58,480 bases of DNA, from positions 1-58,480 of the forward strand of contig SVQV01000001.1 in the NCBI GenBank assembly GCA_015065175.1, written 5' to 3'. The stretch comes from Oscillospiraceae bacterium (GTDB lineage: Bacteria > Bacillota > Clostridia > Oscillospirales > CAG-272). The first letter of the stretch is position 1; the number at the start of each line of letters is the position of its first letter. Of the stretch, positions 26,614 to 36,777 are shown in pieces. Position numbers and translations under genes: made by a program. The notes under the pieces were generated by a model. It saw only the letters and a list, made by a program, of their open reading frames with translations, was not told the DNA's origin and ran no database searches.

Positions 26614-27780
26614 ATGAAAACAGAAAATTATATGCCCGAATGCATAGCGGTATTAGGCTCTACAGGCTCTGTAGGCACTCAGTCGCTCGATGTGGCAAGA
26701 AGGCACAACATAAATATCGACCTGCTTACCGCAGATAAGAACGTTCGGCAAATGGAAGCGCAGGCAAGAGAGTTTTCTCCTAAGTTCTGTGTAATGGCAG
26801 ACGAAAATGCCGCAAAGGAGCTGAAGCTTGCGCTCGCCGATACATCGATCAAGGTGCTTTCGGGCGAGAGCGGAATCTGCGAGGCGGTATCACGAAGCTC
26901 TGCCGTGACGGTGGTAAACTCTATACTCGGAGAGGCGGGACTGATGCCCACTCTTGCGGTGCTTGATTCAAAAAAGCGCCTCGCTCTTTCAAATAAGGAG
27001 TCGCTCGTTATTGCGGGCGATATCGTTATGGGACGGGCAAAAGAAACAGGCGCGGAGATAATTCCCGTAGACAGTGAGCATAGTGCAATTTTCCAGTCGC
27101 TCAGTACCTCGGACAAGCGTGAAATAAAAAAGATAATCCTCACAGCTTCGGGCGGTCCCTTCTTCGGCAGGACTGCGGAAGAATTAAAAAGAGTGACCCT
27201 TGCCGACACTCTTGCGCACCCCACCTGGAAAATGGGCGCAAAAATAACGGTAGATTCCGCAAGTCTGATGAATAAGGGCTTCGAGGTCATCGAGGCGTGT
27301 CATCTTTTCGGTGTCAGCGCTTCACAAATCGAGGTAACAGTACACAGAGAAAGTATAATACATTCCGCAGTTGAATATATTGATAATGCGGTAATTGCGC
27401 AGATGAGCGTGCCCGATATGCGCCTTTGCGTGCAGTATGCGCTGACATATCCGCAGAGAACAGAGTCGCCTTTAGAGGAGCTTGACCTGTTTTCTCTCGG
27501 AAAGCTCACATTTGCCCGTCCCGATATGCAGACCTTTCCTCTGCTTGCTTTAGCTTATAAGGCAATCTCTGAGGGAGGAGCTATGCCTGCGGTGCTGAAC
27601 GCGGCAAACGAGATAGCGGTAGCGGCATTCCTTCAGGAGAAAATAAGCTTCTGCGAGATATTCGACACGGTGGGCGAGACATTTGAGGAAATGTCCTATG
27701 CGAAGGGTTATACCTTGCTTTCGGATATAAGGGACTCTGACAGAGAAGCTCGCAGAATAGCGCAAAAAAAGATAAAATAA
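26614..27780 (+). CDS. dxr: 1-deoxy-D-xylulose 5-phosphate reductoisomerase
   Basis: 388 aa. LGSTGSVGTQSLDV, LSNKESLV, PVDSEHSAIFQ, and HP.W.MG.KITVDSA. Confidence 0.95.
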   Translation: MKTENYMPECIAVLGSTGSVGTQSLDVARRHNINIDLLTADKNVRQMEAQAREFSPKFCVMADENAAKELKLALADTSIKVLSGESGICEAVSRSSAVTVVNSILGEAGLMPTLAVLDSKKRLALSNKESLVIAGDIVMGRAKETGAEIIPVDSEHSAIFQSLSTSDKREIKKIILTASGGPFFGRTAEELKRVTLADTLAHPTWKMGAKITVDSASLMNKGFEVIEACHLFGVSASQIEVTVHRESIIHSAVEYIDNAVIAQMSVPDMRLCVQYALTYPQRTESPLEELDLFSLGKLTFARPDMQTFPLLALAYKAISEGGAMPAVLNAANEIAVAAFLQEKISFCEIFDTVGETFEEMSYAKGYTLLSDIRDSDREARRIAQKKIK

Positions 27781-27793
27781 AACGGAGAAGCCA

Positions 27794-28840
27794 ATGAGAG
27801 TACTCTATATTTTACTTGCACTTTTAGTATTCGGATTTTTGATATTCATACACGAATTCGGTCATTATATTATGGCTCGAATATTCCGTGTCAAGATAAA
27901 GGAATTTTCTATAGGTATGGGTCCCAAGCTCGTTACCTATACCTCAAAAAAGACGGATATAAAATATTCGCTCGGTATGTTTCCGATAGGCGGATATGTA
28001 AGTATGGCAGGTGAGGATGAGGAGTCGGACGACGAGAACGCTCTTTTCCGAAAGCCCGCTTGGCAGAGGCTTGTTATCACTGTCGCAGGGGCGGCAATGA
28101 ATATAATTTTAGGCGCTCTTGTGATGTTCATTCTCATAGCCGCGACCCCCGACACGATGTATAGCACAGAGGTGGACAGCATTATTACACGTGAAGAGGT
28201 GCCGAGAGAGAACAGCAGTGAGGATTCGGGACTTCGCGCAGGCGACAGAATAATAGCCGTAAACGGTAAGAGAGTGCGCATCTTAAGCGAGCTTGACTAT
28301 GAAATTATGAGGCAGGGTATAGAGACACTTGAGCTTACAGTCATGCGGCAGGGCGAGAAGATAAAGCTCTATGCCGATTTTCCTGTTTATGTTGACAGAA
28401 ATCAGTATTTGGGCGCAAGAGATTTTTATACAACACCCGAAAATGCGACCCTCGGTAACGTATTGAAGCACGGATTTTTCCGCTCGGTGCTTACCGTGCG
28501 CACTATATGGGAATCTCTTTTCGACCTGATAACCGGAAGATTTGGAATTGAAGCCGTCTCGGGTCCCGTAGGTGTTACCTCGCAGGTCACACAGGCGGCG
28601 AAGGGCGGTATTGCCAACCTCGTTTATATAGCGGTGGTCATAAGCATAAATTTGGGAGTTGTGAATCTGCTTCCTTTTCCCGCACTTGACGGAGGAAGAA
28701 TAATATTCATACTTTTCGAAATGATTGCGGGCAGACCTGTACCCATGAAATATGAAGGAATGATACATTTTGCGGGAATAGTTATTCTTCTGGCATTTAT
28801 GCTTTTTATAACGGTAAAGGATATAGCATCTTTAATATAG
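27794..28840 (+). CDS. rseP: RIP metalloprotease RseP/RasP (site-2 protease, M50)
   Basis: 348 aa. HEFGHY zinc motif in TM1, a central PDZ domain (GLRAGDRIIAVNG), and NLLPFPALDGG. Confidence 0.9.
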   Translation: MRVLYILLALLVFGFLIFIHEFGHYIMARIFRVKIKEFSIGMGPKLVTYTSKKTDIKYSLGMFPIGGYVSMAGEDEESDDENALFRKPAWQRLVITVAGAAMNIILGALVMFILIAATPDTMYSTEVDSIITREEVPRENSSEDSGLRAGDRIIAVNGKRVRILSELDYEIMRQGIETLELTVMRQGEKIKLYADFPVYVDRNQYLGARDFYTTPENATLGNVLKHGFFRSVLTVRTIWESLFDLITGRFGIEAVSGPVGVTSQVTQAAKGGIANLVYIAVVISINLGVVNLLPFPALDGGRIIFILFEMIAGRPVPMKYEGMIHFAGIVILLAFMLFITVKDIASLI

Positions 28841-28852
28841 AGGAATTAAAAA

Positions 28853-29929
28853 ATGGATTATGGCGCAATAAGAAAAAAGACGAGACAAATAAAAGCGGGA
28901 AATGTCCTGATAGGCGGAAACGCGCCTGTCAGCGTGCAGTCTATGACTAATACCGATACCCACGATACAGAAAAGACCTACACTCAGGTGAAGGCGCTTT
29001 CCGAAGCGGGCTGTGATATTGTACGCTTAGCAGTGCCCGATGCGGAGGCTTCACGTATCTTTTATGAATTGAAAAACCGAGGAATTACTCTGCCGCTGGT
29101 TGCCGATATTCATTTCGACTACAGAATTGCGCTCGAATGTGTCGCCGCAGGCGCTGACAAGATACGTATAAATCCCGGAAATATAGGAGACCGTGAGCGT
29201 GTACGCGCGGTAGTAAATGCCTGTAAAGCGGCGCGCGTGCCAATCCGTATAGGTGTAAACAGCGGTTCTCTTGAAAAGGAGATATTAAAAAGACACGGCT
29301 CGCCCACTCCGGCGGCTTTAGCCGAAAGCGCACTCTATCACGTTTCGCTTCTCAATGAATTTGACTTTGAGGATATATGCATATCGGTAAAGGCGTCAAA
29401 TGTGAGCGATATGCTTGAGGCGAATAAGATACTCAGTGAAAAAACGGATTATCCGCTCCACTTGGGAGTTACCGAGGCGGGCGGTATGCAGTCGGGAACG
29501 GTGAAAAGCGCAGTAGGAATAGGCGCTCTGCTTTCACAGGGAATAGGTGACACTATCCGAGTCTCGCTCACCGCAGACCCGCTCTGTGAGGTAAAGGCGG
29601 GAAAGGATATTCTCTCCGCTCTCGATATGCTCGAAAATAAGGAAATAGACATAGTTTCCTGTCCCACCTGCGGAAGAACTAAAATAGACCTGATACCTCT
29701 GCTCTCCGAGTTTGAAAGGGCGCTTGACAGAGAATGCCTGCGCAAAAAGCAGATAAAGGTCGCTTTTATGGGCTGTGTGGTAAACGGTCCCGGAGAAGCA
29801 AGAGAAGCCGATATCGGAATAGCGGGAGGCATTGGCGAGGCTGTTCTCTTTAAAAAGGGAGAAATAGTCGGCAAGGTCAAGGATGATAAAATAATCGAAG
29901 CTTTAATAGAAGAAATAAAAAGGATGTAA
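28853..29929 (+). CDS. ispG: 4-hydroxy-3-methylbut-2-en-1-yl diphosphate synthase
   Basis: 358 aa. VQSMTNT, RINPGNIG, the CPTCGRT cluster, and GCVVNGPGE. Confidence 0.95.
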   Translation: MDYGAIRKKTRQIKAGNVLIGGNAPVSVQSMTNTDTHDTEKTYTQVKALSEAGCDIVRLAVPDAEASRIFYELKNRGITLPLVADIHFDYRIALECVAAGADKIRINPGNIGDRERVRAVVNACKAARVPIRIGVNSGSLEKEILKRHGSPTPAALAESALYHVSLLNEFDFEDICISVKASNVSDMLEANKILSEKTDYPLHLGVTEAGGMQSGTVKSAVGIGALLSQGIGDTIRVSLTADPLCEVKAGKDILSALDMLENKEIDIVSCPTCGRTKIDLIPLLSEFERALDRECLRKKQIKVAFMGCVVNGPGEAREADIGIAGGIGEAVLFKKGEIVGKVKDDKIIEALIEEIKRM

Positions 29930-29933
29930 CGGG

Positions 29934-32900
29934 ATGCCCGAAAACAGTAAAAGGTTTTTTGATATATTTAAAAAGTACGCACCGTCCGAGGAAAAGCGTG
30001 AGCTTCTCGAAAAGGCGGAAAATGTGCGCGTAAGAATACAGAAGGAGCCCTACAGAGTAGAGGTGGATGCCGACTTTGACACACATCAGAGTCAGACTAT
30101 GCTATACGAGATAGAGGACGAGCTTCGCGCTTTTTATGACTCTCAGTCCTTCAGAATATTTCCGCATTATCCGCAGAGTGAGTTCTCGCTCCGTTCTATG
30201 CCCGAAATTTTCGACGAGGCGGCAAGAGTCGGCGCTATAACCAAGGGCTTTTTTGATGAAGCCGAGTTTGTCGACAGAGGTGAAGAATTAGAAGTTCAGG
30301 TTCCGTTTCTCGAAAGCGGGCTTGACCTCATCGCATCCTCTCAGGCAAGCGACATAATCTCAAGGATAATAAGCTACAGATATTCGGTAAACAAAAAAAT
30401 ATCCATAGTACAGAGTGCCGATGCCTACGAAAAAAGCGAGGAGCGAAGAAAAAGGATAGACGAGACTGCCGAAAGTATCGCAAGAGAGGCGGCGCTCCGA
30501 CTGAGAGAAGTACAGGCGAATGAGGCGAAGAACGCTCAACCCGAGGAGGACAACCGAGTCCGTAAGGCATCATTGCGCGAGGAGGAGGCGCAGACCGAGC
30601 AGGTCTCCGAGCAGCTCTACAGAGTTGGCAGAAATACATATTCGCTTGAGGAGTCCGAGCAGTTAATGGGCGACAGCATCGGTATTAAAAACCCCGAGCC
30701 TATCGGAAATATAAGAGAAGAAACAAACAGAGCCGTATTTTTCGGCGACGTTTTTGAAAATACGAAAAAGGATAGCTTCAAGGGTGACAGGACTACGGTA
30801 ACGGTAGGAGTCTCTGACGGAAGCTCGTCCATATATTTGAAGAAGTCATTTAACATAGGTGAGGACGGACCTATGTCCTCACTGAAAACAGGAAAGAGCA
30901 TAGCCGTCATCGGCAAGGTATACAGGGATAAATTTGACGGAGAGCTTGTCTGTCTGCCGAGATGCATCTATACGGCAAAGAAAAAGCTCCGCACCGATAA
31001 AGCGGAGAAAAAGCGTGTAGAGCTTCATCTGCATACAAATATGTCTACAATGGACGCTATAATCCGCCCCGACGAGCTTGTCAGCACGGCAAAGAGGTGG
31101 GGACATAGCGCAATTGCGGTAACCGACCACGGAACAGTTCAGGCATTTCCCGAAATATTGAAGATAGCGCGCAAGGAAGCGCCTGACCTCAAGATACTCT
31201 ACGGAATAGAGGCCTATTACGTTGACGATACCGCAAGAGCCTTTTACGGAACGAAAATTCCGTCCTTTGACGATGAAATGGTGGTTTTCGATATAGAGAC
31301 CACAGGTCTTTCCACGGTAAACTGTAAGATAACCGAGATAGGCGCGGTAAAGATAAAAAAAGGCGAAGTAATAGACAGCTTCAATACCTTTGTAAACCCC
31401 GAAGTGCCCATACCTAAGGAAATAAGCGAGCTTACGCATATAACCGACGATATGGTTGCCGATGCGCCGAAGATAGCCGATGCGCTGAACGCCTTCTACG
31501 ATTTCGTGGGCGACAGAATGCTTATTGCGCATAACGCAAATTTTGACACGGGCTTTATACGTGTATTTTCGGAGCAGTGCGGTCTTAAGTTTGAGAACTC
31601 ATATCTCGATACCGTTTCTCTTTCAAGATACTTGAACACATCATTAAAGAAGCACACTCTTGACAGTATAGCCGAGCATTACGGCTTGGGTGATTTCAAC
31701 CATCACAGAGCCTGCGATGATGCGGCAATGCTCGCCGCTATATTCTTCCGTATGCTGTCTCAACTTAAGGAGGAGGGAATTGACGGTTTCGAGCAGATGA
31801 TGACTGTTATGAGCGAGAAGTCGGACCCGCTTTCTCTGCGCCCTCATCATCTTATAATTTTCGCGCAGAATCTTGTCGGTCTTAAGAATCTTTACAGATT
31901 GATCTCCGAAAGCTATCTTACATATTATAAGCGCAGACCGAGAATGCCGAAAAGCGTCATAGAACGTCACAGAGAGGGCTTGATAATAGGATCTGCCTGC
32001 GAGCAGGGGGAGCTTTATCAGGCGATACTTGACGGACGCTCGGAGAGCGATATAGACGAGATGATATCCTTCTACGATTATTTAGAGATACAGCCTCTCT
32101 GTAACAACAGGTTTCTGATTGCGGAAGGAAAGGTGCCCGACGAGGAAGCGCTGAAGAATATCAACAGACGCATTATTTCTCTCGGCAAGAAGCACGGAAA
32201 GCCGACTGTCGCTACATGTGATGCGCACTTTTTAAATAAAGAGGACGAGATATACCGCAAGATATTACTCGCAGGTATGAAGTTCGCCGATGCTGACAAG
32301 GATACGGGCATATATCTCCGAACCACAGAGGAAATGTTGGCGGAATTTGACTATCTCGGAGAAGAGCTTGCATATGAGGTGGTTGTAGAAAACACCAACG
32401 CAATAGCCGACAGAATAGAAGCCATTCTTCCCGTGCCCGACGGTCAGTATACTCCTAAAATGGAGGGCGCGGAGGAGGATCTGCAAAGAATGTGCTGGGA
32501 CAGAGCGCACGACTGGTACGGTGAAAATCTGCCCGAGCAGGTTGAAAAGAGACTCGACAAGGAGCTTACCTCTATTATCAAGCACGGCTTTGCGGTGCTT
32601 TATATGATAGCGCAGAAGCTCGTTGCCTACAGTGAGAGCGAGGGCTACCTCGTAGGCTCACGAGGCTCGGTCGGCTCGTCCTTTGTCGCTACCATGGCGG
32701 GAATTTCCGAGGTCAATCCTTTGCCTCCGCATTACCGATGCACAAAGTGCAGATATTCGGATTTCGATATTCCCCCCGAATACGGCTCGGGCTTCGACCT
32801 GCCCGACAAAAACTGTCCTGTATGTAACGAGCCTATGTATGCCGACGGACACAATATCCCCTTTGAGACCTTCCTCGGCTTCTACGGCGATAAGTCCCCC

Positions 32901-34331
32901 GATATAGACCTTAACTTCTCGGGTGACGTACAGGGCAAGGTCCATAAATACACAGAGGAGCTGTTCGGAGAGAGCCACGTTTTCCGCGCGGGTACTATAG
33001 GTACGCTCGCGGATAAGACCGCTTACGGATACGTGGTAAAATATCTCGAAGAGCGAAACATCTCTCTGCCGAAGGCTGAAATTTCAAACATAATCACTCA
33101 CTGCGCAGGCGTAAAGAGAACTACGGGACAGCATCCCGGCGGTGTTATAGTTGTACCGAAGGAGTATGAGATCTACGATTTCACTCCCGTTCAGCACCCC
33201 GCGGACGACCCGACCTCCGATATAGTCACTACACACTTTCAGTTCTCATATCTTCACGATACGATACTTAAGCTTGACGAGCTGGGACACGATATTCCGA
33301 CCAAGTATAAGATGCTTGAGCGTTATACCGACACGTCGGTCATGGACGTAAAGATGAACGACCCCGCGGTGTACAGGCTGTTCCTCAGCTGCGATCCGCT
33401 CGGTGTTACCGAGGAGGATATAGGTTCAACTCTCGGGACCTACGGATTGCCCGAATTCGGTACACGCTTCGCTATAAAGATGCTTGAGGAAGCACAGCCG
33501 AAGTCATTTGCCGACCTTTTGCAGATATCGGGACTTTCTCACGGTACGGACGTTTGGACGGGCAATGCGCAGGACCTCATAAGAGATGGAATATGTAACA
33601 TATCGCAGGTTATCGGATGCCGTGACAATATAATGAACGACTTGATAAGATACGGTCTTGACAATTCGCTTTCCTTTACTATTATGGAATCTGTCCGTAA
33701 GGGTAAGGGGCTCAAGCCCGAATGGGTAGATGAGATGAAGGCGCACGATGTCCCCGACTGGTATATAGACTCCTGTAAAAAGATAAAGTACATGTTCCCG
33801 AAGGCTCACGCCGCCGCTTACGTTATGTCGGCTATCCGTCTCGGATGGTATAAAATTTATTACCCCATGCAGTTCTATGCGGCGTTTCTTTCGGCAGCAC
33901 CCGGAGGCTTTGACGCGGAAATTGTGCTTAAGGGTAAAAACTATATAACATCCGTTTTGGACGATATAGACCGACGCAAGAAGGATAAGAACGAGACGGT
34001 CACACAGAAGGAGGAGGAGCTTTATTCTACTATGCTTCTCGTAAGGGAAAGCCTTGCGAGAGGGGTACAGTATCTCCCTGTTGACCTCTATAAATCCGAC
34101 GCTAAGATGTATCTGCCCGAAAACGGAAAGATACGTGTGCCGTTTTCTTCGCTTGCGGGACTCGGCGAGACTGCGGCGCAGAAGATAGTCGAGGCACGGA
34201 AGGACGGAGAGATCTTTTCTGTCGATGAGCTTCGTACACGCGCGGGACTTTCTAAGTCTGTCATTGAGCTTTTACGCTCGAATGGAGCGCTTGAAGGTCT
34301 TTCCGAGACAAACCAGTTTACCTTTTTCTGA
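29934..34331 (+). CDS. polC: DNA polymerase III PolC-type (Gram-positive replicative polymerase)
   Basis: 1465 aa. PHP domain (ELHLHTNMS), an inserted DEDDh exonuclease (VVFDIETTGL...HNANFD..F...H.A.DDA), the Zn finger CTKC...CPVC, and the polymerase core. Confidence 0.97.
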   Translation: MPENSKRFFDIFKKYAPSEEKRELLEKAENVRVRIQKEPYRVEVDADFDTHQSQTMLYEIEDELRAFYDSQSFRIFPHYPQSEFSLRSMPEIFDEAARVGAITKGFFDEAEFVDRGEELEVQVPFLESGLDLIASSQASDIISRIISYRYSVNKKISIVQSADAYEKSEERRKRIDETAESIAREAALRLREVQANEAKNAQPEEDNRVRKASLREEEAQTEQVSEQLYRVGRNTYSLEESEQLMGDSIGIKNPEPIGNIREETNRAVFFGDVFENTKKDSFKGDRTTVTVGVSDGSSSIYLKKSFNIGEDGPMSSLKTGKSIAVIGKVYRDKFDGELVCLPRCIYTAKKKLRTDKAEKKRVELHLHTNMSTMDAIIRPDELVSTAKRWGHSAIAVTDHGTVQAFPEILKIARKEAPDLKILYGIEAYYVDDTARAFYGTKIPSFDDEMVVFDIETTGLSTVNCKITEIGAVKIKKGEVIDSFNTFVNPEVPIPKEISELTHITDDMVADAPKIADALNAFYDFVGDRMLIAHNANFDTGFIRVFSEQCGLKFENSYLDTVSLSRYLNTSLKKHTLDSIAEHYGLGDFNHHRACDDAAMLAAIFFRMLSQLKEEGIDGFEQMMTVMSEKSDPLSLRPHHLIIFAQNLVGLKNLYRLISESYLTYYKRRPRMPKSVIERHREGLIIGSACEQGELYQAILDGRSESDIDEMISFYDYLEIQPLCNNRFLIAEGKVPDEEALKNINRRIISLGKKHGKPTVATCDAHFLNKEDEIYRKILLAGMKFADADKDTGIYLRTTEEMLAEFDYLGEELAYEVVVENTNAIADRIEAILPVPDGQYTPKMEGAEEDLQRMCWDRAHDWYGENLPEQVEKRLDKELTSIIKHGFAVLYMIAQKLVAYSESEGYLVGSRGSVGSSFVATMAGISEVNPLPPHYRCTKCRYSDFDIPPEYGSGFDLPDKNCPVCNEPMYADGHNIPFETFLGFYGDKSPDIDLNFSGDVQGKVHKYTEELFGESHVFRAGTIGTLADKTAYGYVVKYLEERNISLPKAEISNIITHCAGVKRTTGQHPGGVIVVPKEYEIYDFTPVQHPADDPTSDIVTTHFQFSYLHDTILKLDELGHDIPTKYKMLERYTDTSVMDVKMNDPAVYRLFLSCDPLGVTEEDIGSTLGTYGLPEFGTRFAIKMLEEAQPKSFADLLQISGLSHGTDVWTGNAQDLIRDGICNISQVIGCRDNIMNDLIRYGLDNSLSFTIMESVRKGKGLKPEWVDEMKAHDVPDWYIDSCKKIKYMFPKAHAAAYVMSAIRLGWYKIYYPMQFYAAFLSAAPGGFDAEIVLKGKNYITSVLDDIDRRKKDKNETVTQKEEELYSTMLLVRESLARGVQYLPVDLYKSDAKMYLPENGKIRVPFSSLAGLGETAAQKIVEARKDGEIFSVDELRTRAGLSKSVIELLRSNGALEGLSETNQFTFF

Positions 34332-34334
34332 TAG

Positions 34335-34721
34335 TTATTTTACGAGCAATAAAAGGAGCAGAAGTATCCATATGTAATCATCGTTTTCGCCGCTGAGCAG
34401 TAAAAGCGCTATGATGAGCAGAGTTATATCAGAGCTTTCAGCTCCTTTTATTCCTATTTTTTCAAGCAAGGCCGAAAACAGTCCCGACTCCTTGTGAGCA
34501 GAGCAACCGACTGAGTCTGTGTAATTAAAGACGGGCTGTGAGCTTTCGCTTGCCGTAACCTTTTCACCGTACACCCCGCTTGGATTTTCCTCGGTCTTTT
34601 GAGCTTCCTCCGAGTTTTCACTCGGCTGATTTTTCATTGACATTGTATAGCCCGAATAGTTTTCGGGAATGCCCTTGTCATTTTCGCTGTCGCTTGGAAG
34701 GCTTACGTTTCTTGTATACAT
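34335..34721 (-). CDS. Hypothetical small protein P3 (acidic/Ser-rich N-part, C-terminal Leu-rich TM segment)
   Basis: 128 aa. A strong SD (GGGAGG) lies 8-9 nt upstream, inside the end of P2. The start is 1 nt after the P2 stop. The C-terminus is ITLLIIALLLLSGENDDYIWILLLLLLLVK. I recognise no family. Confidence 0.5.
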   Translation of the reverse strand: MYTRNVSLPSDSENDKGIPENYSGYTMSMKNQPSENSEEAQKTEENPSGVYGEKVTASESSQPVFNYTDSVGCSAHKESGLFSALLEKIGIKGAESSDITLLIIALLLLSGENDDYIWILLLLLLLVK

Positions 34722-34722
34722 A

Positions 34723-35115
34723 TTATTTTATCCTCCCGACAAGTGAGATTATATCGAGCAGTCTTATAAAGATATCCAAGGTATCACATTTGTTTTTGCT
34801 CAGAAACGGTCTTAAGGCGAGCAGAAGCGCTCTTTCTCGGCTCTCGTTTGTACACACGGGCGCCTTTTGCGGCAGAAGCCTTCCGAGTGCTTCTGCGCTC
34901 GGAAGATTAAAGGACGGAGCTTCGGGCGTGTGCGATACAGGCGTGTCGGCATGAGAAAATACGGGTGCGTCCTCGCTTTGCGCAGAAGGGGTCTTGCTTT
35001 GATTGTTGGTTATGCTTCCCAATAGCGACATAAGAGAGGAAAGCGCCGAAGGGTTCGACAGAAGTCCGTTCAATACGGAGCTGATATCGGGTGTGTTCTG
35101 AATACCGTTTTCCAT
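34723..35115 (-). CDS. Hypothetical small protein P2
   Basis: 130 aa. The ATG is 1 nt after the P1 stop (TGA-t-ATG). Ser/Leu-rich N-terminus, a Pro/Ser linker, and a C-terminal amphipathic block (RERALLLALRPFLSKNKCDTLDIFIRLLDIISL). I recognise no family. Confidence 0.5.
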   Translation of the reverse strand: MENGIQNTPDISSVLNGLLSNPSALSSLMSLLGSITNNQSKTPSAQSEDAPVFSHADTPVSHTPEAPSFNLPSAEALGRLLPQKAPVCTNESRERALLLALRPFLSKNKCDTLDIFIRLLDIISLVGRIK

Positions 35116-35116
35116 A

Positions 35117-35344
35117 TCACATACCGTTTTGCTTTTTGTATTGGTTTACTATCTGCATAGCCTCTTGTACGTTTGGATTTTGTGTACTTCCGAGGGTAGC
35201 TCTTAAGCGTGAAAGCTCTGCGGCAGGAGGCGGATTTTTTGGGAGCTTTACACCGTTTTGAGTAGCTATCGAATGGATAGTCTGCCATAACTGCTCATCT
35301 GAGAGCGACAGCAGAGAGCGTAACATATTGTAGTCGAATTGCAT
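35117..35344 (-). CDS. Hypothetical small protein P1
   Basis: ORF 35117..35419. AAGGAG lies 7 nt upstream of the internal ATG at 35344 (MQFDYNMLRSLLSLSDEQLW...), giving 75 aa. First gene of a tightly coupled three-gene unit. Confidence 0.45.
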   Translation of the reverse strand: MQFDYNMLRSLLSLSDEQLWQTIHSIATQNGVKLPKNPPPAAELSRLRATLGSTQNPNVQEAMQIVNQYKKQNGM

Positions 35345-35422
35345 ATATTTTCTCCTTTTTGTGTTATCAATGGCAGTATATGCGGAATAAATAAAAGTTG
35401 ACAAAATGAATGGTAGCATTGT

Positions 35423-35926
35423 ATGAAAGCACTGATATTTTCCGATTCACACGGAAATTCATCTGTAATGAAAAGAATTATTAAGGCATCGCCCGATGCC
35501 GACTGTGTCATATTTGCGGGCGACGGAATATCCGATGCGGAGAGCTTGCAGAACGAGTTCCCCGAAAAGATGTTCTTCTCGGTAAGAGGGAACAACGATT
35601 ACGGACTTTCTCCATACGGATATGCAAGAGACGATGAGCTTCTCTTTGTGTTGGAGGGCAAAAAAATATTTCTTACCCACGGGCACTCCTTCGGCGTAAG
35701 AACTACCTTGAATCTCCTCTTTGCAAAGGCGCAGAGAGACGAAATAGATTTAGTGATATTCGGGCATACCCATATTCCCTACGAGGAATACAACAAGGAA
35801 AAAAGACCGTTTTATTTCTTTAACCCGGGAAGTGTCGGTTGTTACAGCGACGGCGGCTATTCCTTCGGTGTTCTGAATATAAATAACGGCAATATACTTC
35901 TTTCACACGGAAAATCAAAGGAGTGA
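35423..35926 (+). CDS. YfcE/MJ0936 family metallophosphoesterase
   Basis: 167 aa. Motifs DSHGN, GDG, GNND, THGH and GHTH occur in canonical order. Confidence 0.8.
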   Translation: MKALIFSDSHGNSSVMKRIIKASPDADCVIFAGDGISDAESLQNEFPEKMFFSVRGNNDYGLSPYGYARDDELLFVLEGKKIFLTHGHSFGVRTTLNLLFAKAQRDEIDLVIFGHTHIPYEEYNKEKRPFYFFNPGSVGCYSDGGYSFGVLNINNGNILLSHGKSKE

Positions 35927-35930
35927 AAAA

Positions 35931-36761
35931 ATGAATTTGCAGATACTCGCATCCACGGGCGCTTTTATAGGACGATATAACGGAAGAAATCACAGACTCT
36001 TTCTTTCCGTCGCCGATACTATACTCTCCGACGGCTTTGAGTTTATGATGTATGACTCGTGGTATGATAAAATAAACGAAATAGTATCCGATTTCAATGA
36101 AAAGGGCTTGAAGATTTTAACCTATCATGCGGATAAATTTATAGGACAGAAGATAGGCGTCGGAGGAGAGGAAAACACAAACGAGGCGTTTTCGCTTTTT
36201 CGCAAAAACTGTGATATGGCTTGTAAATTAGGTGCAAAAAAGGTCATATTGCATCTCTGGAACGGACCTGTCTCCGACGATAATATAGATAATAACCTCA
36301 ATGCTTTGGGCGAGCTTTTGAAGATATCCGACTCTTACGGATTATTGCTCGTGCCCGAAAATGTCGTCTGCCGTGCGGGAAGCCCCATAGAATATATAAG
36401 AGTGTTGGCAGACAGATATCCCACCTCGCATTTCACCTTCGACACCAAAATGGCGGCATTCCACTGTGAGCTTGAAAGCTCTCTTGCGGGAGACTACCTT
36501 TCTCTGTGGAGAGAAAAAAGAATAGCGCATTTACATATAAACGATTATAACGGCACTTACAAGGATTGGGACAATCTGAAAACACGGCATATAGGAGAGG
36601 GAAATATAGATTTTGAGAATTTCTTCGGATTTCTTTCCTCTGTCGGCTATGAAGGCACGGCAACGCTCGAATGCAGCAGCATGGATGAGAGCGGGAAAAT
36701 CTATCCCGAAAAAATGAGCGAAAGCATCTTGAAGGTAAGGCGCTTAGCCGAAAAATCCTAA
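35931..36761 (+). CDS. Sugar phosphate isomerase/epimerase family protein (xylose isomerase-like TIM barrel)
   Basis: 276 aa. Pattern of ...KVILHLWNG..., LLVPEN, HLHINDY and a terminal E-containing strand is typical of the AP_endonuc_2 TIM barrel. This call is recall-based. Confidence 0.55.
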   Translation: MNLQILASTGAFIGRYNGRNHRLFLSVADTILSDGFEFMMYDSWYDKINEIVSDFNEKGLKILTYHADKFIGQKIGVGGEENTNEAFSLFRKNCDMACKLGAKKVILHLWNGPVSDDNIDNNLNALGELLKISDSYGLLLVPENVVCRAGSPIEYIRVLADRYPTSHFTFDTKMAAFHCELESSLAGDYLSLWREKRIAHLHINDYNGTYKDWDNLKTRHIGEGNIDFENFFGFLSSVGYEGTATLECSSMDESGKIYPEKMSESILKVRRLAEKS

Positions 36762-36777
36762 AAAGGAGGACACAAAA

